NCBI GenBank assembly: GCA_037447605.1
Contig: CM074820.1
Coordinates: 1,488,001 to 1,552,000, forward strand
DNA: 64,000 bases
Reading direction: 5' to 3'
Source of the DNA: Zygnema circumcarinatum SAG 698-1b
Taxonomy: Eukaryota > Plantae > Zygnematophyceae
Both the position numbers and the translations under genes were made by a program. Below the pieces are notes generated by a model, which had not been told where the DNA came from, ran no database searches, and saw nothing but the letters and a program-made list of their open reading frames with translations. Every line of letters starts with the position of its first letter. Position 1 is the first letter of the stretch. Positions 1-13,298 of this stretch are shown piece by piece.

Positions 1-324
1 CGCTAGCAAACATTTTATGTTTTTTCGTGTACAGCGTGGGCTTCGAATTTTACACCCGAACAGGCTCTAATAGAAACGCGCCACGTGTAAGAAAATCAAA
101 ATAATACACGAGTTAAGAGAGACACAAAACTTTAAGAAGCAACAATTGCTTTGTGAACGAGTCAGCCAGTGGTTCTTGAAGTCGGTGATCCCTGACTTCA
201 ACTTCTTGCGGCAGAATGGACGGTGAGATTCGCAGCACGCGAAACCTCGCTAAGGGATGTGCGGGGAATTGCAAAATGTAGTAACGGCTTGGCCAGAGGG
301 CAGCAAAAGGAGATTCTGTCGGTG

Positions 325-405
325 TGATGACAGTGGGATTTGAACCCACGCCCTTTCGGACAGGAACCTTAATCCTGCGCCTTAGACCAACTCGGCCATA
401 TCATC
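325..405 (-). tRNA. tRNA-Leu (anticodon AAG)
   Basis: Reverse complement GATGATATGGCCGAGTTGGTCTAAGGCGCAGGATTAAGGTTCCTGTCCGAAAGGGCGTGGGTTCAAATCCCACTGTCATCA. It has an acceptor stem GATGATA/TGTCATC, anticodon arm CAGGA-TTAAGGT-TCCTG, long variable arm, GGTTCAAATCC T-loop and a downstream T-run terminator. Confidence 0.95.
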
Positions 406-1103
406 ATTGCTGTTGTGACAAATACGGTCAATTCTAATTTTTAAATACTCAGCAAATTTAATTTCCTGTAACGCAGCAAGCTTCACATTTCCCAAATACT
501 AAGCCTTTAGAACGAGTACATCGTTTCCAGGAATCAAGGGCTATTTGTCAAATTTGAAAGTACTGATTCCAGTCAGCACACATCCGTCTAGTCTCGTCAC
601 AACAGGACTGACGAAATCCCTGTCGTAAAACTGCGTCCAATTTAGCCCCATAGAACCTCTCCTTGTCCCTGCCCGCGATTAGCCTAAGGGGTTGGAGCCG
701 CGGGAACCACGGAGAGGCTTGCGGTTATATGCACGGGACATTCATACGAAAAAAAAAAAAAACCAAAGAGTCCCGGAAAGAGACTCCACTTCCCTAATCC
801 CTCATTCCAGTTGAACATCAGTCCTGCTGTATAGCAGCATCTCAGCTCAATCATTTCATCAGTTCCATTCAAACTCATTGAATAGGTCCCTCCCTACATG
901 GAATAAGCAGCAGTGGGAACAAAAAACACACCCACATGCCCTACGCCCAATGCCGACTATCTCCCGCACTAAACCCCACCTGGACATGGACCCCTCCCCC
1001 TCCTCCTCCTCAACTTCCTCCCCTCTTTCTCAACCCCCCCCCCTCCCCACAGTCCCACCATTTTAACCCCCGATGCCCCATTTGAACCCCCCACCCCCCC
1101 AGT

Positions 1104-2999
1104 TCATTGCTCCTTTTTGCGATTCTCCTTTGCAAGCGCTCTTTTCCGAATGCTGAGCGTCTGGCCGAAGCGGACGGAGTCCATGAGCGCCGGCGGCAGC
1201 GCGGCGACGAGCGCCCACATGATGGAGTGCGCCCAGTACGGCGTGCACCGCGGCTCGTACCCGATCCACTTCACACCGTAGCGCGCGTACCCCTCGGGGG
1301 AGGGGCACGTCAGAGAGGCGTAACGGATTTTCGCCAGTTTTGTCGCAACATAGAGAGGGGCCTGCACATGCATTCAACGGAGAAGGGCTTCTTCAGTCAG
1401 CTGCTTCATCATTGTGGGGGACAGGGACATCGGAAAGAAGAGGTCTCAGATTAGAGAACATATGCCAACCTACGAGGATTTCTAAGGAGCTTATTGGGAG
1501 GCAGTAGAGCAGGGAAATCAAGTAAGACAGAAGAAAAAAGGAAGGCTTAGCTACTTCTGAACACCTGAATGTCAAATCTCAGTTGCAGGCTTGAACGTTT
1601 CTCCGCAACAACTTTTGACGGCCATCTCATTGCCGAAGCTATGCAGACAATGATGAATTGAATGAATGATGCGGACGAAGGGAACCGACGGAACGAACAT
1701 CTTGAACATCTCTGACTGTAAGCATCACATTCGTTCAACGGTAACTAATGCAGAACTCACGCCTTTGATGCGACCTGACCTTTTAGAAGACTTAATATAC
1801 GAGTTGAGATTTTCCGCCGTACCTGGCACTGAACGTCGATTCCCTTCCCCTTGTACTCCACATAGAGAGTGCGCGAAAATTGGTCCACAAATCTGTCCAC
1901 GCGGAAGTGATTTCTATGTTAGCTTAGCGATACACGGCATGTTTGGAACAATCTAAATGTCTGAAGCTGACCGGAGATAGAGAAGGTAGTTCTCTCTTTG
2001 ACAAAACTTTGACAGTGATCGATTTTCTCTTCAATATAATGTATCCCAAGGTCCCGTGTGTCTTAAAATATATTACAGCTCAAAGAACGTCGGTTGCAAA
2101 CCAGGCAAGACTTGGCGTTCGATTCAAATATTTATGCAAACGAAGAATAAAGAAAGGGAAACACACCACTCAAGGCAGCAAACATCGCTTCTAAACCTAA
2201 TGAAACTCAGAACAAGGCTATGCACAATGCCCCGAGAAGAAAATCCTGAAAAAAAGTCTTAATAGCACACAGAAAGACCCCTAAAACTCAATGTATTCTC
2301 TCTATGTTAAGACATCATGCAAAAATGCATCAGCCTTACTTACCCTTTAGTGGCTGCGTAGAGAGCGTAGAGAGGATCCGACGGAAGAACTGTTGCAGCT
2401 CCTGAGCCGATGTTTACAACGGCCCCCTTCTTCCTCTCCACCATAGCCGGAAGCACAATCCTTGTAATGCGAGTCAGAGCTTCCACATTCACCCGAATCA
2501 GGTTAGTGATGAGCTCACTATCCACCTCATGAAAAAACTTCGCATGAGGATACGACATCCCCGCATTGTTGATCAGTATCCCAACATCGAGCTCAGAAAT
2601 TAGGGTTTCCAGAGGCTTCAAATCCTGTTCAAGCTGAGGAGAGGTGAAGTCTACTGCCACCGTTCTTGTCTTGACACCGTATTTCCCTTCCAATTCTGCA
2701 GCGACATCTGCAAGCTTCTCCGGATTCCTGCTCACAAGAATGATGTTGAGCTTGCATCTTGCAAGCTGCTTTGCGAAGGCCTTTCCAATGCCGTCAGTGG
2801 CGCCTGTAACAAGGGCCCAGGAGCCGTACTTTTTCAGGTCCTTCGCAGGGCGGAGGAAAACCACCCAGAGGGCCCAGAGGAGGCGGAAGGTGAAGCGGAG
2901 GAGGACGACGCAGCCTATGGCGGCCACGATGCCGAGGGCGAGCGCATGGAGGGGCGCGCTGAAGAGCGCGAGGAGAGAGGAGGAGGCCTCCTCCAACAT
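1104..2999 (-). CDS. KCR1: Very-long-chain 3-oxoacyl-CoA reductase (KCR1-type SDR), 3 exons: 2999-2344, 1892-1823, 1361-1104
   Basis: N-terminal TM segment, TGATDGIGK nucleotide-binding motif, NNAG and YAATK catalytic motif. The spliced junctions read ATKG|FVDQFSRTLYVEYKGKGIDVQCQ|APLYVATK, with GT-AG sites in phase. Confidence 0.92.
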
Positions 3000-4689
3000 T
3001 GCTGCAATCTCCCCTCCCTTTTTCACTCTCTCTTTCTCGTTCTCTCTCTCTCTGTTGATGAAATTTTCACGCACCACCTCCCTCTCCCTGCCTCTTCCTC
3101 CCCTCCGCCCTCCCTCCCTCCCTCCCTCTCTCGGCTCTCCCTCTCGCGCCCTCGCCGGCCGTGGCTGTCCCCAATCAGTCCCCAGTCAGTGTCCTGCACT
3201 CCCCAGGTCGGACCACTGGATCCAACCAGGATCAACCATTGAATCAATGGTTCCCAACCATTGATGCGCGACCCTGCCAACCATTGCGAATGGTCGCAAC
3301 CGTTGGATGCCAATGGTTGGCACCCATTGTCATCCAATGGTTGACAACCATTCGAATGCAGGCCGTTCATCTTCTTCGCTGTGCGCGTGGTCGTGAGCGC
3401 ACTTTGGCTCACAATGTTGTGGGGATGTTGTGTTGGCCGATCCAGCCCGCAGCCATTTATTGTCCCGTGCTGCGCACCATGAAGGCGTGGCTGTTCGTGA
3501 TGCGGCCCTCTCTCCCTCCACAAGCCCCGATGCCCGTTTGATGGCTTCCTCCGCCAGTGCGCCTATCGCTCCTTTGAGATACGCGCGCAGCGGTATCCGT
3601 CCCGGTGGTGCCCCCCCCTCCCTTCGAGCGACGTGCCACATATTGGGAACCTTTGCGGCTGCTTCTAGAGCCGTGTTGTTGAGCCTAGAAGTAGATTTCC
3701 ATTTATGGGCATTTTCTCTTTGTCCTTAGGTCCTTTGTGAACGATTCTTTTGGTTCCTCATGCTGATTTTGGCCTCGCCATCGTGAGATCAATGTCACTT
3801 CTGGTTACGTTGCGAACCATTGGACGTCCAACCCATCGCCATCCAATGGTTGTCCAATGGTTACCGATCAATGGTCCGACCTGTGCTGCAAACGACGGCC
3901 CTGGCCCCGTCTCCATGTACACATTTTTAGAAGGGTTCCCTGTTGGCAGTTTTAGTCACAGCTGCAAAGAATTTAGGCACATGACGACCTATGTTAGTTT
4001 CTGCTATATTGACCGTTGGATATGCCACTTATACAACTTCGTCAAACATGACCGTTGGATAAGCCACGCGTACACTCTCCTTGTTTCACCGTTGAATATG
4101 CCACGTGTACGCGTACGCTATCGTCAAATTGACCGTTGGATATGTCACGAGTACCTACTCGTCGTTCGACCGTTAGAGCATGCCACGTGTACAATCTCAT
4201 CAATCTGACCGTTGGATGGCGGCACGTCCACGCGGGAGCCTGGAGGCCGGGAGGCAAGTACAAGGGCAAACCCTTAGCCGTGACCGTGACCAAATCACCT
4301 AAGGACCTCGGCCATCTGCGAATCGTGTGCTGACACGTCCACCATACTCTAAAAACGTAGAAAAGGTTATTCAACGGGCAGATGTTTCAGCGAATCGAGA
4401 TCTGACACGTGGCACCACATTCTATAAATGTCGAAGGTTTCTACGATGGGCAGATGTGCTGCGACTCTGTTAAAAACCACAAAATATTGTGATGCAAAAC
4501 AGAGGGAAGGTTAAATATCACAGCGAGAAATAATGTGTTACAAATCACACAGCAGGAGCCTTCTTGCGAATGTGATTTGGAGCCACCATGCCATGAGGCC
4601 ATGCGTGCGGGCCAACATCCTCATCTCTCTAGGATTTGGGGTCGCAGTTGTGGAGCCATGCAACACGGACGGCCGGTTCTCATGACCCA

Positions 4690-7600
4690 TCGCATTCTTC
4701 TGGAGGCGAGGCGGTCCAAACTTTGCTGCATCGCTTTTGGTGAAGCAATTGGAATCTAGGTCAGATGGATTCTGTCGCTGGAAGAACGCCAATACAGTAT
4801 TGGCAATTCTGGTACAGTCCTTGGTGAGGTAGAATGAACGTGTTTTTAACCGGGAAATGATTGACAGGTTAAGGTTTTAAGGAGGAATCAAATCATTTGA
4901 TCAATAAAATCTGACAAGGGGGAGGCTGCACCTGCAGGTGAACTTCGATCAGAGGTTCCCGTGAGAGAAGCATTCATTTCTTCCGCATGGATGATTGTCT
5001 CCGACTGGTGAGCTCTGCACCTTGTAAATTTCTTGGACGAACTTTAGGGTTCAATAAAATTACTAAGAGCCAACAATTTTTCTTTCGCCAATAGCCATGG
5101 CGTCTCATTCACTTAAACACAGCAGTAACTGTTGTCATGCTTGATGATGATTCTTCACAACTTCACATTCTTCACAACTTCATTCAACTTCTTCATTCTT
5201 CACAACTTCACTTATCCATGTTGGATTCAAAAGCACGTTGTCATTATTGTAAAAAAACAAGAAGTAGTGCTTCCAAATTTTAAATAATTCCTAACCTGTA
5301 TTTGGGAGAGTTTGTTGTCAGGTGCGGTTGCTTGGATGTCATGATCAGGTTTCTGCATATGGAGCAGCCAAAAAGCTAGCAGCTCAAATCTTGAGTGGAG
5401 CTCTCCTGGCAAGTTCACGTTGTAAAGTTTTGGATGTTCTGTTACTTTATATTTCAATGCGACGTGATAGTTTTCAAAAAATTCAAGCATCTGCTATTGT
5501 TCCAGGGTCGTCTATATTCTTTCCTTTTTTTTTATAAACCGACTATGACATAGTCCATCTTTTGTTTTTCCTGATCAATCTGCTAGCAGGAGCAAGAAGG
5601 GAGCCTTATCTTCAGCAAGCTATGGGCAGCAGCTATGCCCTTTGGCTCACCATTGCTGGAATTAAACAATTTTAGAACAGACGAGTGCGATTCCAGTGAT
5701 TTTCTTAGAACTGCAAGCCCATCCAGCTGCAAGCAGACTGAAGCAGAGTTGCAAGAGCCCGCTTCTGAATCGCATTGTTTGAACCGCGCAGCTGTGAATG
5801 CTCTGGGCTGCTTGAGAAACGTGCTTAAGGAAAGTAGCATTCAACAAACTGAGGCTAAGTGCAATACAGAAGAGACCAGAGAGGAGAAGTTTGGAAGTTC
5901 TTTGTGCTCACTGCCAGATTCGAGCATCCAGGACCTTTTTTTGGCATCATTTTGGACCGTTGATTTGGAAACTCATTTAAGAGAGCTTGCAAGACTTATG
6001 TCGGTAGATCCATGCAGGGATCCATGCGCTCACCAAACCTCATCCTTTTGCTCTACTCCTCAAAAACTTAAAAACTCGGTAAGTGCCTCTAGGAGATGTG
6101 CATTAACTTCTCGAGATGCTGAAATCATCCTCTGTGCGATTTTGCGGCTTCTTTCAACGACTGTCAAGGTGCTGCGGAAAGATGACCTGAAGTTGGAGGC
6201 AGGTGGACTGCTGGGGAGTAAAACAAAGAGAAATAATGATATGCAGAGAGTACGGAAGCTGATAAATGATGTGGTAGAGAGGACATGGGGGCTTATAGTA
6301 GCGGCAACGGCTCTGCATGTTCACCAAGGAGGGGAGCAGTGTCTCTTTGGATACATTCAACACAAGTTGACGGTACGTTCATCTGCATTAGGAGGGGGGG
6401 TTTCTCACTCGTTTCCATCATTTTCTAGCTTTTATGTCACTGCTGGTTTACTCCCAAAAACATGCACGGCTTTTGAGAAAACAAATTATCTACGGTTTTT
6501 TTTGTTACTTTAGTGTTTTGACCTTGTTTGATCATTCCGTTATTATTTGATTCGGGGGTGACGAAGCTCTGCAGGCTATATTGCTGCCTTTGATACAAAA
6601 TTCACTAGACCACATAGGTGTTGCGCCACCCTTTATCCTGAGCTTCATCAAAGCAGTGGGTCGCAATCTCAGGCTGTTCTTCGCCTCTCCTCCTGCTCTA
6701 AAGGGGGACAATACAGCATCATCAGAATTATATGCTTCCCCATTTTATTCTTCATGGATCGTTTCAAACATAGCATCTCAACTACGACATAAACCTGCAA
6801 AGGTATGGGCTGAAATTGATCATTCGCAACCCTTTGTGATTATAGGGGTGCATTGTAAGCAGACTTTAGTTGCCTCACTATTTTCACCAGTGACTTATGG
6901 CTGCAGGTGGTTGTACCGAACATTGTAAAAATCCGCATACTTCTCATTTTCCTGAAAGCTGGAGGAGGTTTCAAGGTGGTCCCCAATGACTCATCCTCTC
7001 CGCCAAGTGATCTTCAAGCAGAATCGTTTGTGTCTCTCATCACATCTCTTCACCATATCTTGCTTTCTGCGGCGCACATTGACAGCCCTGTAGACGAAAC
7101 AAAGGCAGTAGTGCAGGTTGACCAAGAGAGAGGGATGAAGGGAGAGTACTGCGAAGAAGAAGGGGCTACAAAGCTGCTGCTGCTGCTTCAAGAGCAGGTG
7201 TGTCATAGAGGCAGCCTCCTTCAGTTAATTTCAACAAAGCCCGTGAAAACCTTTGAGCTTCTAAATGCAATATCCCTCTGTATTTATGTGTTACTTTCAG
7301 CGTCAATGATTTCCTTGTCGTGCAATAACTTGCGAACATTGTATGCAATATCCTGCACGTTTTAGATATCAACTAGATGCCTACGAATGACTTTTAGAGT
7401 GTTCTCATGTTATCAGTCAAGTGATAGTTGGTTTGTGAAGTGTGGGGAATCCGCAGGATGATGTGATGCTGGACGTTCTCTACTCGCTGCATTACTTCAC
7501 ACCCTCTCTTCAGCATATCTGGTAAGTCGGACTGTCTTCCAAGTACCGCCCAAAAAGCTGTAAAAAAAGTCAGTCTGAAGGAGGAGATACACCGGAGATG

Positions 7601-7908
7601 TTGAACATCAAGTGAATAGGAACCGAGTGTTAGAGTCCTTTCTATTAGGGCTGACAATTCTATCCTTGCAAACATTATCTCATGAAGGTGGTTGGAGGCT
7701 GAATCCTCAAGCACCTTCATTATGTAATATATGCACTTTGGGTCTGCTTGTGGAGGAGATTTCAGCGATTCTCGAGGTCATTCCTCCTACCCTACCCTGA
7801 GAATCACTCGAGAACAAATTCGTTGTATAATGGAGAGTCTACAACCGCTTCGACTTTTCCATGCCTTCCTCTCACTGGTATGTCTGCATTCTCACCTGTA
7901 GTTGCTGC

Positions 7909-7944
<36 letters not shown>

Positions 7945-9408
7945 CCACGCACACACGCACGCTCAACCTTGCACAGATTTTTCTGTCTTGAGGGGGCAGA
8001 ACTTAGGTCACAGATTAGTATGAGCATCTCCTGCTGCTCTTCAAAACCCCAGACCATAATTCTGTCGATCTGTCCTTTTTTTTAAGAAAGAAAGTGGGCT
8101 GTGACAGCTGTCACACGACCACTTCGTGTTGTTGGACTATCTTGTATCACCGGATTCCATCGCTCCCTTTATGCCCTACCTTCTCCGCACGCTTGCACTC
8201 ATAGCCAGCACATGGCCGGAAATTCTCCAAATTAACATCCCTGCAGGCAGCAACAGTAAGCCTTTCTCTGCCTCTGTTTTCAGTAACCTTTGTTTATTTA
8301 TGAATTGAGATCCTATCCCTTGACGACTAATCTCTAATGAACTTAAATGTTTCAGACACTCTAAATTCTCTGACTCTATTGAACAGTAAGTATTCCTTAT
8401 GTCTGAAGTGGCTTGGAAAAGCGAGGACTGATGCTTTGAAATCTTTGGGTCTGTTTTCGGGATCAGGTGAGAGTGAAATCGTGGGTGGTAGGAGGAAACG
8501 GGTCAGAGAGAGTCAAGTAGAAGAGAGCTCAAAGAGAGCTAACTGGAAGGGGGGAGTGGGAGAGGAGGGGCGAGAAGATAGTGATGGAGAAGGTAGGAGC
8601 ACCCTTAAGGAAGGAAGAGATAAGATTGGCGAAATGACTGATTTCAACAGAGGGGAAGGGGTGGAGATAGGGAGCCAACGCTGTGATTCTAGTGAATCCT
8701 TGTCGCAATCGTCAGCAGAATGGAGGGATTGTAAACTTGGGGGGAACGGAGCAGTCAATAGTGTAGAGTATGGTGGAGGGTTGGAAGGTGAAAGAATGTG
8801 TGTAGAGGGAGATGGTAGGGGAGTTAAGTCGGTGGGTAGCGAGAAGAGAGTTTTGGTGAACGGTGTGAAAACTGTCGAGTGTTTGCAAGCCCTTCGGAAA
8901 TCTATTGAACGACTTCATCAGAGCGGCCAATTTCCGTACAATCCAACGGCACTTGTGAGAAGGTGAAAAGAAATTCAGCCATTCTATTCCATTCCATCCC
9001 TTCATATTTATGAATGCTCAGACCGGGTTGCTAACTGGGCTGCTAAAATCTAGTCTTGCTTTTCCACCAGAATGCACTTAGTAATGTTTCAGTTTAAAAA
9101 AAAAGCCTAAAAGTTGCGTGAATGTGAGAGGCCTGAAAGTGATTCCAAATTAACCATGTCTGGTGAATCCCTGAGTATTATTAATCTTGAACACTCAGAA
9201 ACAGGTTTGTTTGTTTCCCGTTGACATGAAGCCTACTCTTAGCTCTGCTGCTTACCCTTGTTCTGACTGCATGTACAGACTCGTGGCTGTGGAGAGGCTT
9301 TGGATGGGAGAGGAGGGAGCGGAAGGATGCCCAACAACGCTTTCAAGCAGACAATGCTCTGACACAGCTGAACCTGCAGCTGGATACTCTTCTAGTTCTT
9401 TGTCATAG
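4690..9408 (+). CDS. Protein Lines (LINS/LINES_N + LINES_C) homologue, multi-exon; 5' end unresolved
   Basis: Exons give VRLLGCHDQVSAYGAAKKL (about 5322), LLDYLVSPDSIAPFMPYLLRTL (about 8126) and CLQALRKSIERLHQSGQFPYNPTALVRR|LVAVERLW (8880-8963 spliced to 9279). These resemble the recalled Lines motifs LLDxLIS and LxxSIERL...FPYNPxxLLR. Large open exons lie at 5635-6370, 6581-6800 and 6990-7200. Confidence 0.6.
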
Positions 9409-10077
9409 ACTTTATAGGAAGATCGAACGCCCACCGTTAGTTGATTATATCCTTTAGTTTTCTATTACCCTCTTCTCCCTTTCTTTTATTACCATTGTCT
9501 GTGTGAGAGCGTGAAGCATGGCTGAGTGCGTACTTGCTGGGCGGTGCTACTGTACGAGATCCCAAACAACATGAATGAGGAGGAAAGAAACACATCCCAT
9601 GATGAAAATCAAAAAGTGGAGTTCAAGTCGGATGGGTCCACCCCATTTCGAGTCTCTTGTTGGAAAACCACGATTGCTATTCCGACCAACCAGCTCCATT
9701 GTTGCCCAACTTGTTGGCTAACCAATCGGCTAACTCGATGGCTGACTAACAGGTGGTCAAAGGAGTGGCCCATTCTTTGAAAGAGAGGGGGTCAGAGGGG
9801 GCAGTGAAGGGCCAAATAAACATCTGGAAACGTTTTTTTTTTTTTTTTTTTTCCCTGGAAACGGACCAACAGTACCGAGCTGCATTTGCGAAGTACCGAT
9901 TACGGGGCCGAGAACTGACTTCGCGGGACAGAAAGCGCCGACTCAATTTTTTTTTTTTTGGTGCCGCGGCCACACGAGTTTGGCCATCGGGCCGTCGATG
10001 GCCGCCACGTGACAGACACGTGTGACAAACGGCCCAGATGCGCTTGCAAACGCAGGGGACTGCCCTGCTCACCGACC

Positions 10078-12797
10078 ATGGCAGCCTGCGACTTCTCCCC
10101 TTCTCAGGAAATGAGGGAGGGAGAGAGGGTGTGGGAGAGAGAGGGAGGGAGGGAGGGTGTGGGAGTGGGAGGGGTGAGAGCGGAAGAGAGGGAGAGGGGA
10201 GGGAGGACGAGGAGGAGAAGGAGGAGGAGGCGAGAGAGACCGTCAGCTAAAGATCAAGAGAGCAGCGAGGGAGGGAGACGAGAGTGAGGAAAGGGCAGAC
10301 AAAGAGAGAAAGTGTGTGAGAGAGAGAGAGAGAGTGTGGGAGAAAGAGAGAGGTGAGAGCAAGTTTTTTATTTCGTCTCCCGTACTTCTTCAGCGTTCCT
10401 TCATCCTCCTCTGGCTTTGTGAGGGTGCTCTCAGTGCAGGCATTAGAGCAGGTGACAGTGTAGGACTGCAGACTCTATAGGGTAACGCTGCATTTAGGGT
10501 GTTTTAGAACTGCTTGAAACAAGGTATCATGTTCGGTCAGGAGCTCGCCCGCCCTCGCAAAATGGAGATCCTCTGCACCTCCTACTGCGGGTACATTGCA
10601 CGGCTTGCATTCTAAACTGGGACTAAATGATAGTTATATGAAAGCTCAGCTCTTTCAGTTCGATAGGGAAAGGAAAGGGCGCAAAAGAAGTCGTGTAGAA
10701 TCGCATGCCTTCACTAAGAACTTGCTCTCTATTGCTGCACCGCCCTACCTCCCTCCCTTTCTTAGCCTTTCTCTCCGCCCCCCTCTTTCCCTTACTTTTC
10801 CCAGTCCATGCGCCCTCCCCGGGACCCTCCCCAATACTGACGTCCATATGCTCTCTTCTGCGCAATCCTTCTCACCTTTTTCCTCTCTCCCTTGCCATCT
10901 CACGCTCCTCCCCTTTCTCTCTCCTCCTGCCCCCTCCCTCATTCTCTTCCCAAACCTTTCCATACCATTCTACCACAATGAAGCATGATACACATACAGG
11001 TCTCTCTCTCTCTCTCTCTCTACTTTGTTTTAATTACAGATGTGGCCACTGCTGCGGCTGGGAGTGGGGTGTCACTCTCCCTGGAGGGAATTACCTCGCT
11101 CTGGGCGACACAGGCTCCCCTGCAGGCACTCTGAAGCCTTTGGAACTTCACCAGCCCCTTAGCGTCACTTTGCAGCGATTGCAGAGCTTTGATCTCGCGG
11201 CTTTATGTCTCAAAAATGTGAAAGTTAAGAAACGGAAAACTCGTGAGGACCTCCGGCCAGGCCTCATTTCTCGGTGATCCTCCTCTCCATACCTTAGCGG
11301 TGCTGTTTCCTTAGGTTTTATGAAAGCTTTTGTAGTTTACTTAGGTACTTCTGTGTACTTCTGTGTCTGCTTAAAGGCCCTTAAAACGCCTACATGGGCT
11401 CCTTGACGGTTTTTGAAGCCTACGATGATGTGGGAGTCAATTATGTGGGCTCTGTGTGACACGCATTTCAGAATGCCATTTGTCGAGTTCGACATTATTA
11501 ATGATTTTAAATTTTCGCAATTCTCAACGCTTAATGTTGTTTCTTAAGTTCTGTCGGTGAGTGTGCAGCTACTGGACAAGCACAGACCTAAAAGGGCTGC
11601 CATATACAGGCGTTACATCAACAGGGGCGATTCCCAAGCAGGTGAGAAGCCTAATAGTCTTGAAATACTACAAATACAAAATCATTTACTCTAAACCTTA
11701 ACCTTTAGCATCTTGTGATCCACTACGATTGCATCCTCATGTCATGTCTCTCTTCTTGTCAGGCTCGCGTACCCATTTTCTCAACTTCACAGCTTGTTGA
11801 TAAGGCTTACAAACTTCCAGTTCGAGTTTTGCTGCCTTGGACAACGCTTCCGGAGTTAGGCACCATAGCAGCAGACACACGATTCTTTTCCTTCGGAACA
11901 AGAATTCTCGTTCCGGGATATGGCTGGGGAATTGTGAGTTTTGATCCCGTTATGGCCCCATAGTCCATTTCCTTCAGCTCTACATGTGATCTAAGCATGC
12001 TTTGCTTCAAATGTGACGTCATTGTTGCTGTGTGAGTGTGCGGAGGGAGAAAGTAGGAAGGGGGGTAGAGGGAGGGGGAGGGAGAGGACAAGTGCACCTT
12101 GCGTGAACAAATGAAGGGATAGTGCGGAGAGAGTGAGAGAGCTAATGGATTCTACGTCTAAAACGGGACTGTGTGCGTGAGAGAGGGAGAGAGCAAGGGA
12201 GGAGGGATAGGCAAATAGAGAGAGAGAGAGAGAGCTACCTATCCTGTGTCAATTTACGAGGAGTTGGGTCCGACTGCATGCGTGAGCAGGTTCAGGATCA
12301 TGGCTCAGCAATTAAGGGCCGCCTTCATATTGATTTGTTTCATCGCTCCCACGATGACGCCCTCGAGTGGGGCCGGAAGGAGCTTCAGGTATAGCAAAAG
12401 CTAATTGCTCAAAACTCAAAACCACAGATGGTGAAAGTTTCCGTCTCCAGACTTGCTTCGCTAGGACTAAATTAAAAGTACCGAACGGCAGTAGTCTTGA
12501 ACAATAGAAATGGGTTGGTCGCTTTCGATGAAGATTTGTCTTCGTGCTTCTAGACGCTGACAAGGGAGGCAGAGAAATGTCGCGATTCTCTTCTCTCTCT
12601 CTTTCTTTCTCACTCTCTCTCCCCCCAGCTTTATGTCTATTCTAGCTTTCCGACCAAAAGTGAGAGGAGGATTGCAGGTTCTGGTTGTGCCACCTGGCAA
12701 GCATGTAATGGACGCGTACAACCTCCCTCAGAAAGCGCGGCCATTTGCCATCGCTCTGCACAACATTTGGAGCCTCTTTTTTGGTGTGCACCATTGA
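10078..12797 (+). CDS. 3D (Asp-Asp-Asp) domain protein, about 336 aa, 8 exons: 10078-10283, 10394-10451, 10541-10590, 11040-11273, 11569-11641, 11763-11933, 12290-12388, 12678-12797
   Basis: All splice phases are consistent. The product contains MEILCTSYCGCGHCCGWEWG, GLPYTGVTSTG, GTIAADTRFFSFGTRILVPGYGWGIVQDHGSAIKG and HIDLFHRSHDDALEWGRK, the typical 3D-domain signature with three Asp. The first two exons and the last exon are less certain than the core. Confidence 0.8.
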
Positions 12798-13298
12798 GTC
12801 TTGAAACCGAAAATGGGGGAAGAGAGATCGGGGAGTGAGGAGGTAGAGGGACGAGAGATGGGGAGAGAAAGAGAGGGTGGGGGAAGGTAAGGGACGAGGG
12901 AGCCCCTTTTGAGAGGGGTCTTGCTACAGACACCTCCGCGCCTCCTCCTTTGAAACGTAGAGGGTTTGTACATGTGCAGATTTTTGGAAAAACTAGGATT
13001 GGGGGTATGAGTTAAGGGCCGCTTCCTAAACAGAGGCGTGGGTACTATATGCGGCCAAAGCTCAAGTAGGACTTGCTATGTATTTATTCATTTTTGCGAT
13101 TTATTTCATTCATAGACTGCATTAGGGTGCTCCACGTCGGGCTAGTTTAATAGTTTTATATGCAGCAGTTTTAAATTAGGCAGTATGACAGGGGCTTCAT
13201 GTAGCACAGTGCAATCAACAGTGTCTGGATTATGAAGGTTGATCCACATCCAAGTGCTTCCAACCACTGGTCTCTAAGTAGGGACGAACCGTGTTCTG

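Noticed and set aside
9526-9780. 84-aa ORF downstream of the Lines homologue
   Set aside because: No ATG-led coherent gene model and no motif. It is probably UTR or intergenic.
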